Source: Bdellovibrionales bacterium (lineage in GTDB: Bacteria; Bdellovibrionota; Bdellovibrionia; Bdellovibrionales; CAYMLA01). Taken from it: 64,000 bases of DNA. The notes under the pieces were generated by a model. It saw nothing but the letters and a program-made list of their open reading frames with translations, was not told the origin of the DNA and did no database searches. The DNA lies in contig OZ244239.1 in the NCBI GenBank assembly GCA_965217115.1, forward strand, positions 2,106,532-2,170,531, written 5' to 3'. The position numbers and the translations under genes were made by a program. Position 1 is the first letter of the stretch; every line of letters begins with the position of its first letter. Below are positions 47,398-55,812 of this stretch, one piece after another.

Positions 47398-47561
47398 AAC
47401 TCTCCATCGACGGTCACACAATCAAATTATCTTAAGGACACCAAAGTATTTCCAGGTGATTCACCACTCCAGCCATAAATATATCCTATTACAGTCATAT
47501 TTATAAGTTATTATATTTATCAACCCCCGTTTGATAGCTTATCTTCTTAAGGAGACAAGTT

Positions 47562-47825
47562 ATGGAGACATTAGGGGAGAGGTTAAGAAAACTAAGGGAG
47601 CAAAGAGGGTTTTCGATCTCGGAGATTTCTAAGAGCATATCTGTCAGCCCGAGCACATATAGAGATTGGGAGTATGGCAGGGAGATTAAAGGTGAGCCCT
47701 ATGTTAGGATTGCTGATTATTTCAATGTCTCCTTAAATTATCTATTAACTGGTCGAGAACTTGATATTGAAAACTCCCTTCAAGAGGTGGAGAGGCATGT
47801 AAAAATTATACGGTCCTTTCTGTAG
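47562..47825 (+). CDS. XRE-family HTH regulator
   Basis: LGERLRKLRE...VSPSTYRDWEYG...VSLNYLLTG; AAGGAG RBS. Confidence 0.9.
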   Translation: METLGERLRKLREQRGFSISEISKSISVSPSTYRDWEYGREIKGEPYVRIADYFNVSLNYLLTGRELDIENSLQEVERHVKIIRSFL

Positions 47826-47919
47826 ATCAATGGATGTGAGCGACAAACAGATTTTACATAGGAATCAAATCCTATGGAGAGTAGGTCTTTAAAAAAATTA
47901 AAAACCTTTATAGGGAGGA

Positions 47920-48453
47920 ATGAATATGGGAAAGGTATTATTTGGATTACTACTAACAACGGCTATCTCACTGGGAGCGCAGACACCTTTGAATGTGATC
48001 CATTCAGGATGCACTGATAGGACATTTGCACGGAATCAAATGGATGTTGCTGAGCATGGTGATAGTATATATTTCAAACTTTCGGGATCAAGTGTTTTCA
48101 ATTTAACAACTGATCCCTGGGATTTCTATTTGATCACTAAGAGTTTTAAGATTAAAAAGTCTGATTGTGAATTCAGTGATAATAAGCGAATCATTTACTG
48201 CAACTATTCTTCTGAAGTCGATGTCACTGTTTACACCCCGTCTCTAGCTCTAGAAGGCTTGGATAAGTCTTCTGTCGTCAAAGTGAAAGGATTAAGATTA
48301 GAGGTTCGGTATTTTAGTTCTGCTAGGCCCTTTGTAGGTTCTGGCTTTGAGTTATCTACTCAATACAAAGTGGGAGACACTGACGAATACACAACAAACA
48401 ATGCTGTGTTTCATGGCACTAAAGAGCTGGGTTGTACAAACCCTTTTGAATAG
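47920..48453 (+). CDS. Secreted hypothetical protein, tandem paralog 1 (type A)
   Basis: GGGAGGA RBS; signal peptide; 4 conserved Cys. Confidence 0.85.
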   Translation: MNMGKVLFGLLLTTAISLGAQTPLNVIHSGCTDRTFARNQMDVAEHGDSIYFKLSGSSVFNLTTDPWDFYLITKSFKIKKSDCEFSDNKRIIYCNYSSEVDVTVYTPSLALEGLDKSSVVKVKGLRLEVRYFSSARPFVGSGFELSTQYKVGDTDEYTTNNAVFHGTKELGCTNPFE

Positions 48454-48587
48454 CAAGAAAAGAATGACCGTTACTTTAGAGGTTTCTCCATAGCGTGTGC
48501 GATCTGTTGGGAGAGACTTTTGAGTTGATATAAATAAAGCAACTAAGAGTAAGTCTTTAAAAAAATTAAAAACCTTTATAGGGAGGA

Positions 48588-49097
48588 ATGAGCATGGGAA
48601 AGGTATTATTTGCATTACTACTAACAACGGCGATCTCACTGGGAGCGCAGACACCTTTGAATGTGATTAATTCAAAATGCATTGATATGTCATATGCATA
48701 CAATCAAATGGATGTTGCTGAGCGTGGTGATAGTCTATATTTGAAACTTTCGGGAGCAACTATTTTCAATTTATCAACTGATCCCTGGGATTCCTCTCTG
48801 ATCACTAAGAGTTTTCAGATTAAAAAATCTGATTGTGAATTCAGTGATAATAAGCGACACATTTTCTGTGACAGTGTTTCTGAAGTCGATGTCACTGTTC
48901 ATACCTTGTTTTCAGAAGGTTTGGATAAGCCTTCTGTCGTCAAAGTGAAAGAATTAAGTTTAGAGGTTCGGTATTTTAGTTCTGCTAATCATCATCTAAC
49001 AGACTCCTTTTTTGGGTTATCTATTAGATACAAATTGGGAGACACTGGTAAATACATAACAAACAAAAGCTTGTTTAATAATTGTACAAGCCTTTGA
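48588..49097 (+). CDS. Secreted hypothetical protein, tandem paralog 2 (type B)
   Basis: Same RBS, signal peptide and Cys pattern. Confidence 0.85.
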   Translation: MSMGKVLFALLLTTAISLGAQTPLNVINSKCIDMSYAYNQMDVAERGDSLYLKLSGATIFNLSTDPWDSSLITKSFQIKKSDCEFSDNKRHIFCDSVSEVDVTVHTLFSEGLDKPSVVKVKELSLEVRYFSSANHHLTDSFFGLSIRYKLGDTGKYITNKSLFNNCTSL

Positions 49098-49235
49098 TAG
49101 CAAGGAAATAATGACCGTTACTTTAGAGGTTTCTCCATAACGTGTGCGATCGTGTTGGGAGAGACTTTTGAGTTGATATAAATAAACTAGTTAAGAGTAA
49201 GTTTTTAAAAAGTTAAAAACCTTATATGGGGAGGA

Positions 49236-49787
49236 ATGAACATGGGAAAGGTATTATTTGCATTACTACTAACAACGGCGATTTCACTGGGAGCGCAGAC
49301 ACCTTTGAATGTTATCCATTCAGGATGCACTGATTGGGCATTTACATACAATCAATATGCATACAATCAAATGGATGTTGCTGAGCGTGGTGATAGTATA
49401 TATTTCAAACTTTTGGGATCAAGTGTTTTCAATTTAACAACTGATTCCTGGGATTCCCATCTGATCGTTAAGAGTTTTAAGATAAAAAAGTCTGAGTGTA
49501 GATTCAGTGATAATAAGCGGCTCATTTTCTGCAATAGTGTTTCTGAAGTCGATGTCACTGTTTACACCCCGTCTCTAGAAGGCTTGGATAAGTCTTCTGT
49601 CGTCAAAGTGAAAGGATTAAAATTAGAGGTTCGGTATTTTAGTTCTGCTAATCCCCTAGCAAGCTCTGGCTTTGAGTTATCTACTCGATACAAAGTAGGA
49701 GACACTGACGAATACATAACAAATAATACTTTGTTTCATGGCACTAGAGAGCTGGGTTGTACAAACCCTTTTCTTGGAAAACGATGA
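49236..49787 (+). CDS. Secreted hypothetical protein, tandem paralog 3 (type A)
   Basis: Same family; shares HGT.ELGCTNPF with paralog 1. Confidence 0.85.
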   Translation: MNMGKVLFALLLTTAISLGAQTPLNVIHSGCTDWAFTYNQYAYNQMDVAERGDSIYFKLLGSSVFNLTTDSWDSHLIVKSFKIKKSECRFSDNKRLIFCNSVSEVDVTVYTPSLEGLDKSSVVKVKGLKLEVRYFSSANPLASSGFELSTRYKVGDTDEYITNNTLFHGTRELGCTNPFLGKR

Positions 49788-49925
49788 TAGCAAGGAAATA
49801 ATGACCGTTACTTTAGAGGTTTCTCCATAACGTGTGCGATCGTGTTGGGAGAGACTTTTGAGTTGATATAAATAAAGCAACTAAGAGTAAGTCTTTAAAA
49901 AAATTAAAAACCTTTATAGGGAGGA

Positions 49926-50432
49926 ATGAGCATGGGAAAGGTATTATTTGCATTACTACTAACAACGGCTATCTCACTGGGAGCGCAGACACCTTTGAAT
50001 GTTATCGATTCAAGATGCGTTGATAGGTCGGATGCAAATCATATGCAGGTTAATGAGCGGGGTGATAGTATATATTTGTCACTTTCGGGATCAAGTATTT
50101 TCAATTTACCAACTGATTATTCCTGGGGTTCCCATATGAGAATTAAGATTTTTCAGATTAAAAAATCTGATTGTAAATTCAGTGATAATAAGCGACACAT
50201 TTTCTGTGACAGTGTTTCTGAAGTCGATGTCACTGTTCATACCCTGTATGCAGGCTCGAACAAGCCTTCTGTCGTCAAGGTGAAAGAATTAAGTTTAGAG
50301 GTTCTGCATTTTAGTTCTGCTAATCATCATCTAACAGACTCTACCTTTGGGTTATCTACTCGATACAAAGTGGGAGACACTGGCAAATACATAACAAACA
50401 ATACTTTGTTTGATAGTTGTACAAGCCTTTGA
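49926..50432 (+). CDS. Secreted hypothetical protein, tandem paralog 4 (type B)
   Basis: Same family; shares SANHHLTDS...CTSL with paralog 2. Confidence 0.85.
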   Translation: MSMGKVLFALLLTTAISLGAQTPLNVIDSRCVDRSDANHMQVNERGDSIYLSLSGSSIFNLPTDYSWGSHMRIKIFQIKKSDCKFSDNKRHIFCDSVSEVDVTVHTLYAGSNKPSVVKVKELSLEVLHFSSANHHLTDSTFGLSTRYKVGDTGKYITNNTLFDSCTSL

Positions 50433-50452
50433 TAGTAAGGAAATAATGACCG

Positions 50453-50640
50453 TTACTTTAGAGGTTTCTCCATAACGTGTGTGATCGTGTGAACCGTTTA
50501 AGCCGTTCAATTTCAAAGAGCCTTTTCTGATGGGAGAGGCTTTTGAGTCGATATAAATAAACCAGTGACTGCCTTTTTTGTAAACCACGCCTTCAGGCAG
50601 AGAGTGAAGCCTTTGAGATTCAAGGTCTGACACTTCAAAT
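50453..50640 (-). pseudogene. Deleted relic copy of the 54002-55659 gene pair
   Basis: 50453-50485 ~ 53997-54028; 50487-50595 ~ 54119-54227 (near identical, EGVVYKKGSHWFIYIDSKASPIRKGSLKLNGL); 50597-50640 ~ 54527-54572. Confidence 0.85.
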
Positions 50641-50823
50641 CTTCGAGGGGCTTTAGTCTAGATTCCCTCTCTGTTTTCTGCCAGTCTCGCCGACTTTGTT
50701 TACTTATTTCTAAGAAGCTTCGATACTGTGTATGTCGTGTAGAAACTTATAAATGTAATAACTGGTGAGTGTTATAAATCATCGTGTAGAAAATTGAAGT
50801 AAAAACTTGAAGGAGTTTTAAGA

Positions 50824-51822
50824 ATGTTAAAGCAATCATTTTCCGCTGTGTTTTTCCTAGGGGTGGTTCTCTTATTTGGCTGTAGCACAATTGATAATAG
50901 GAGGCAGTCTAATAACAACGATCGTCTTCAGCCAGTCCGTGGGCTGGCTGAATCAAAAGCTGCCAGCATGATTGGGCCTAATGGTGAGCCGATTCAGGCC
51001 GTTTTTGTTCCAGTCAAAGCGGGGACAGTTAAAATGGAGAGTCCGGATGATGATGGGGGTTTACATGAAGTGCTTCTCACGAAAGATTTTGAAATACAGA
51101 CGACTGAGGTGACGCAGAGGCAATGGTTTCTTGTAATGGGTCGCAACCCTTCACATTTTAGCCCGTTTAAGATGATAGGAGTAATGGACCAGCTAGTGAA
51201 TTCTCTTTTCGATCTTGAGCAGGAGAGTATAAATGACGACCATTGTCCCAGGACTGCTATTATTAAAGAGAGTTATACTATGTGTCCAGATCACCCAGTG
51301 GAGTCGGTTTCTTGGAATCATGTGCAGATATTTATTGAGAAACTAAACAAGTATAGTCAGGGTTATATTTACAGATTACCCACAGAAGCGGAGTGGTTAT
51401 ACGCCGCCCGTGGGGGGACATCCACTCCTTTTAACTCAGGGGATAATATTTCTTCAGATAGGGTGAACTACGATGGTGTTCGTCTCTATGGAAGAAGTGC
51501 CATTAAGGGTGTCTATAGAAAGCAAACAGTTGCCGTGCGTAGTCTTAGTAATGCGAATGCTTTAGGGATTTTTGACATGGATGGAAATGTAGGGGAGTGG
51601 GTGCAGGATTGGTATGTAAAGGACCCTAAATCTGGTCCTCGGAGTGTTACTAAGACTCCCAAAGGGCCTCCCAGTAGCTGGTCCCGTGTTATACGTGGCG
51701 CTAGCTGGGCCGAGGAAGTTCGGCAATCGACGGATCGTAGACATAGAGATTGGGGGTGGCTTGCTGGTGGCGATGGGTATGCCATCGATCTGGGCTTCCG
51801 CCTTGTGAGGACTGCCAAATAA
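50824..51822 (+). CDS. Lipoprotein with FGE-sulfatase/SUMF1 (C-lectin fold) domain, copy 1
   Basis: Lipobox LFGC; TEVTQ, PVESVSW, RLPTEAEW, DM.GNV.EW, GFRL. Confidence 0.92.
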   Translation: MLKQSFSAVFFLGVVLLFGCSTIDNRRQSNNNDRLQPVRGLAESKAASMIGPNGEPIQAVFVPVKAGTVKMESPDDDGGLHEVLLTKDFEIQTTEVTQRQWFLVMGRNPSHFSPFKMIGVMDQLVNSLFDLEQESINDDHCPRTAIIKESYTMCPDHPVESVSWNHVQIFIEKLNKYSQGYIYRLPTEAEWLYAARGGTSTPFNSGDNISSDRVNYDGVRLYGRSAIKGVYRKQTVAVRSLSNANALGIFDMDGNVGEWVQDWYVKDPKSGPRSVTKTPKGPPSSWSRVIRGASWAEEVRQSTDRRHRDWGWLAGGDGYAIDLGFRLVRTAK

Positions 51823-51840
51823 AGAGAAGGAGTTTTAAGA

Positions 51841-52821
51841 ATGTTAAAGCAATCATTTTCCGCTGTGTTTTTCCTAGGGGTGGTTCTCTTATTTGGCTGT
51901 AGCACAATTGATAATAGGAGGCAGTCTAATAACAACGATCGTCTTCAGCCAGTCCGTGGGCTGGCTGAATCAAAAGCTGCCATCCTGATTGGCCCCCATG
52001 CCGAGTTTGTTCCAGTCAGAGCGGGCAAATTTGAAATGGGGAGTCCGGAAGATGAAGACGGTCGTGGTGATGATGAGGATTTACATGGAGTGTTTCTCAG
52101 TAAAGATTTTGAAATACAGACAACTGAGGTGACGCAGAGGCAATGGTCCCATGTAATGGGTGAGAACCCCTCAAAATTTAAACCGTTTATGTTTAAGAAG
52201 TTTGTTGGGTTCTTTGTTACGAGCCTTGATATAAATGACGACTATTGTCCCAAGACTTCTATTGTTAATATTGAAAAGGATTATACTATGTGTCCAGATC
52301 ACCCAGTGGAGCAGGTTTCTTGGAATGCTGTGCAGAGTTTTATTGAGAAACTAAACAAATCTAGTCAGACTCATGTTTACAGATTACCCACAGAAGCGGA
52401 GTGGGAATACGCCGCCCGTGAAGAGGGGAGATCAACGACTCCTTTTAACTTAGGGAATAATATTTCTCCAAATAAGGTGAACTACAAGGGTCCTCGTCCC
52501 TATGGAAGTGTCCCTTGGCGTCTCTATAGAGAGCAAACAGTTGCTGTGGGTAGTCTTGATAATGCAAATGATTTAGGAGTTTTTGACATGCATGGAAATG
52601 TAGGGGAGTGGGTGCAGGATTGGCATGCAGATTACCCTAAATCTGGTCCTAGGAGTTTTACTAAGGACCCCAAAGGGCCTTCCCGTGGCTGGTCCCGTCT
52701 TATACGTGGCGGTAGCTGGCTCGACCAAGCTCGGAACACGCGATCGGCGTATCGTACCAGTCATGCAGAAAGTGGATATGGCCCCAATACGGGCTTCCGC
52801 CTTGTGAGGACTGCCAAATAA
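51841..52821 (+). CDS. FGE/SUMF1-domain lipoprotein, copy 2
   Basis: Same motifs; RGGSW...GFRL. Confidence 0.92.
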   Translation: MLKQSFSAVFFLGVVLLFGCSTIDNRRQSNNNDRLQPVRGLAESKAAILIGPHAEFVPVRAGKFEMGSPEDEDGRGDDEDLHGVFLSKDFEIQTTEVTQRQWSHVMGENPSKFKPFMFKKFVGFFVTSLDINDDYCPKTSIVNIEKDYTMCPDHPVEQVSWNAVQSFIEKLNKSSQTHVYRLPTEAEWEYAAREEGRSTTPFNLGNNISPNKVNYKGPRPYGSVPWRLYREQTVAVGSLDNANDLGVFDMHGNVGEWVQDWHADYPKSGPRSFTKDPKGPSRGWSRLIRGGSWLDQARNTRSAYRTSHAESGYGPNTGFRLVRTAK

Positions 52822-52839
52822 AGAGAAGGAGTTTTAAGA

Positions 52840-53847
52840 ATGTTAAAGCAATCATTTTTCGCTGTGTTTTTCCTAGGGGTGGTTCTCTTATTTGGCTGTA
52901 GCACAATTGATAATAGGAAGCTGTCTAATAACAAGGATCGTCTTCAGTCAGTCCGTGGGCTGGCAGGATCAAAAGATGCCATCCTGATTGGCCCCCATGC
53001 CGAGTTTGTTCCAGTCAAAGCGGGCAAATTTGAAATGGGGAGTCCGGATGATGAATTCGGGCATTATGAGAATGAAAATTTACATGAAGTGCTTCTCACC
53101 AAAGATTTTGAAATACAGACGACTGAGGTGACGCAGAGGCAATGGTTTTATGTAATGGGTGACAACCCTTCACGTTTTAAACCAGTGGTGGTTAGGGAGT
53201 CTGTGATGTTTTTTCTTGAGCGCGATCGTATAGATGACGACTATTGTCCAAAGACTGCTATTATTAATATTATTAAAAGGAGTTATACTCTGTGTCCAGA
53301 TCACCCAGTGGAGTCGGTTTCCTGGGATGATGTGCAGAGGTTTATTGAGAAACTAAACAAATCTAGTCAGGTTTATGTTTACAGATTACCCACAGAAGCG
53401 GAGTGGGAATACGCCGCCCGTGAAGGGGGGAGATCAACAACTCCTTTTAATCTGGGGGAGAGTATTTCTCCAGATAAGGTGAACTACCATAGTAATCGTA
53501 ATCGTAATCGTTATAGTCCCTATAATAGTATGGTCCCTCATGGTCTCTCTAGAGGGCAAACAGTTGCTGTGGGTAGTCTTGGTAATCGGAATGCTTTAGG
53601 GATTTTTGACATGCATGGAAATGTGGGGGAGTGGGTGCAGGATTGGTATGGAAAGTACCCTAAATCTGGTCCTAGGAGTTTTACTAAGGACCCCAAAGGG
53701 CCTTCCCGTGGCTGGACTCGTCTTATACGTGGCGGTAGCTGGGTCGACGTCGCTGGGGACACGCGATCGGCCTATCGTGAAAGTCGGATGGAAAGTGGAT
53801 ATAGCTCCCATACGGGCTTCCGCCTTGTGAGGACTTTTAAAGAGTAG
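52840..53847 (+). CDS. FGE/SUMF1-domain lipoprotein, copy 3
   Basis: Same motifs. Confidence 0.92.
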   Translation: MLKQSFFAVFFLGVVLLFGCSTIDNRKLSNNKDRLQSVRGLAGSKDAILIGPHAEFVPVKAGKFEMGSPDDEFGHYENENLHEVLLTKDFEIQTTEVTQRQWFYVMGDNPSRFKPVVVRESVMFFLERDRIDDDYCPKTAIINIIKRSYTLCPDHPVESVSWDDVQRFIEKLNKSSQVYVYRLPTEAEWEYAAREGGRSTTPFNLGESISPDKVNYHSNRNRNRYSPYNSMVPHGLSRGQTVAVGSLGNRNALGIFDMHGNVGEWVQDWYGKYPKSGPRSFTKDPKGPSRGWTRLIRGGSWVDVAGDTRSAYRESRMESGYSSHTGFRLVRTFKE

Positions 53848-53951
53848 ACTTAAATTTTGACCCTCTCCCAGAACGACAGTTCCCTTGGAAAAGAATATTG
53901 AGGTTCTTCGTGATTATATGATATGGGGTTGTTTAATCTTCTTAGAGATTG

Positions 53952-53983
53952 GAGATATCTTGGAGGGAAGTAAAAGATATCTC
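53952..53983. terminator. Hairpin between convergent genes
   Basis: gagatatctt-N12-aagatatctc perfect 10-bp inverted repeat; no clear U-tract. Confidence 0.4.
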
Positions 53984-54001
53984 TGACATATTGTTTTTAC
54001 T

Positions 54002-54310
54002 TTAGAGGTTGGGCATAGCGTGTGCGATAGAATGAACTTTCAGGCATGAATATTTTCCCTGACAGGGAAGGGTTTGCCCGATCACCTTCAGATAGATTTG
54101 ATTTTTTAGATATTTTCTGTGTGAATCGTCTAAGCCGTTCAATTTCAAAGAGCCTTTTCTGATGGGAGAGGCTTTTGAGTCGATATAAATAAACCAGTGA
54201 CTGCCTTTTTTGTAAACCACGCCTTCAAGGGTGATATTTTTTCCTGAAGCCCCCATGGCGGGGAATGACAAGAGGTGGAAACATAGAGAAAATAAAATGA
54301 GCGTTTTCAT
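54002..54310 (-). CDS. Small secreted hypothetical protein
   Basis: Signal peptide; ATGA overlap with the upstream caspase-like gene. Confidence 0.78.
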   Translation of the reverse strand: MKTLILFSLCFHLLSFPAMGASGKNITLEGVVYKKGSHWFIYIDSKASPIRKGSLKLNGLDDSHRKYLKNQIYLKVIGQTLPCQGKYSCLKVHSIAHAMPNL

Positions 54311-55659
54311 AGGGTCCTGTCGCAGTTAGATGATTTAGTTGTTGACTTATAAAAGCCGTGGATGAGTTTCCTCTCTTCTTGGATGACTTTTTTTGAAGCT
54401 CTGCGGAGGTTTTGTTGCAAGGTGAATATTTTATCTGAAGTTTTATTTTTTTTAGTGAGGGCTTCTTTTAAGATTTTTCTATGGTGGTTGTAATTTTTAA
54501 TAGCTTCTTTTAGGGGTATCTTTACCGCAGAGAGAGTAAAACCTTTGAGCTTCAAGGTCTGACGCTTCAAATGTTCAATGGCTTGATTCACTTGGGGGTA
54601 GGAGCAGTATCTCTTTTCTGATAGGTCGGCAAAGAGAACACCACGGGAGAAATAATCAATGCTTAACTGGTCACTTGTGGATGGAGATTGGGCCGTCTCG
54701 TCGTAGAGACGGGAAGATTCATAGGCTGAGTTGACGGTGTTCACAGACATTTTTTTATTTTTAAAGTGATCTTTAACTTTGTTGAAGCAGTTTTTTTCAG
54801 AGAAATAGGGGTCTTTGGACAAATCACCTAGAATGTGTTGGTAGTACCTTAAGGACACAAACTCCCCGGTGGAGGTGAAATCTCTTGAGAACTCAGGGTC
54901 ATCTTCAAAGCACCCGTAGCCGGTTTCATTCCCTGCTGTTTGGAAGTAGGAGCAGGTTTTTTGTAAACCCACTTTCTTGAGCTGACTTTTAAGTCTTCCA
55001 GAGTGGCAGGAGTCAAAGACGATGGTGGGCAAAGCTCCCTTAGCTTCTAATTTTTTAATATGGCTAAAGAGCTTTTGGCTGTCATACTCAACAGGGCGGC
55101 CTTTTCCATCAAATATCGAGAATGTATGAGTGCAGGGTGAACCAAGGTCACTAGGGTAGAGATCGGCATCTTCGCCACAGGTATCACTGCCGTGGGCGGT
55201 GATATAAATTTCCACTTGATCTCCTGGGTTTATTTTTCCAGTGAGTTGTTCAAAATAATCAGAGATTTCCCTGGGCGTGGAGTCTTGAAGGGTTATTTTA
55301 GCAGAGGTCTCTAGTTTTTCAAAATATTGATAGTCACGTTTGTATTTTTTCTTCTCTTCGGCCCCCGTCCCAAACAAAGTGGTGACGTTGTATTTTTTTT
55401 CAGAGAGCCCCTTTGAAACAGCGAGGGTCTGTCTTGCAAACTCATGGGAGGAAGACTCCTTCATTTTGGATCTGCCCCCAATAACAAGGGCGTATTTTTT
55501 AGCCCATGCCTCTGTTCCTAACAGAGACAAAGAGATCAATAGCAAAGAGCTTGCTAGTCCCGTGCCTGCTAAAGGACGTAAGTTTATTGGAAGTAGAATA
55601 AAACACCATCTCATACCCCTGTTTTTCGGAAAAAAAGGGGCATGTATTAAGGGAAACAC
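54307..55659 (-). CDS. Caspase-fold (clan CD) cysteine peptidase, probably exported
   Basis: KKYALVIGG strand; His-Cys dyad YITAHG and FDSCHSG; hydrophobic leader ending AWA; start uncertain. Confidence 0.75.
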   Translation of the reverse strand: MFPLIHAPFFPKNRGMRWCFILLPINLRPLAGTGLASSLLLISLSLLGTEAWAKKYALVIGGRSKMKESSSHEFARQTLAVSKGLSEKKYNVTTLFGTGAEEKKKYKRDYQYFEKLETSAKITLQDSTPREISDYFEQLTGKINPGDQVEIYITAHGSDTCGEDADLYPSDLGSPCTHTFSIFDGKGRPVEYDSQKLFSHIKKLEAKGALPTIVFDSCHSGRLKSQLKKVGLQKTCSYFQTAGNETGYGCFEDDPEFSRDFTSTGEFVSLRYYQHILGDLSKDPYFSEKNCFNKVKDHFKNKKMSVNTVNSAYESSRLYDETAQSPSTSDQLSIDYFSRGVLFADLSEKRYCSYPQVNQAIEHLKRQTLKLKGFTLSAVKIPLKEAIKNYNHHRKILKEALTKKNKTSDKIFTLQQNLRRASKKVIQEERKLIHGFYKSTTKSSNCDRTL

Positions 55660-55812
55660 AGAGTTTTAAAAAAACCTCAAGTCTTTCGCCTAGTTTGTGT
55701 GGATGTTTTCTGGCAGTGCCCTCTCTTTATTTACCCCTTTCTAATGAACTTTGATAGGATGTTTGTAAAAGTAAAAACTTAGATGAGTGTTATAACCATG
55801 GGAGTTTTAAGA

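Noticed and set aside
47880..50500. Regularly spaced repeats as a CRISPR array or integron cassette array
   Set aside because: Units are ~650-690 bp paralogous genes with their own RBS; the repeats trace to a coding relic; no cas or integrase gene is present.
54307..55659. Caspase as effector of the TIR gene (type IV Thoeris-like)
   Set aside because: About 28 kb away, in a different context, and apparently exported.
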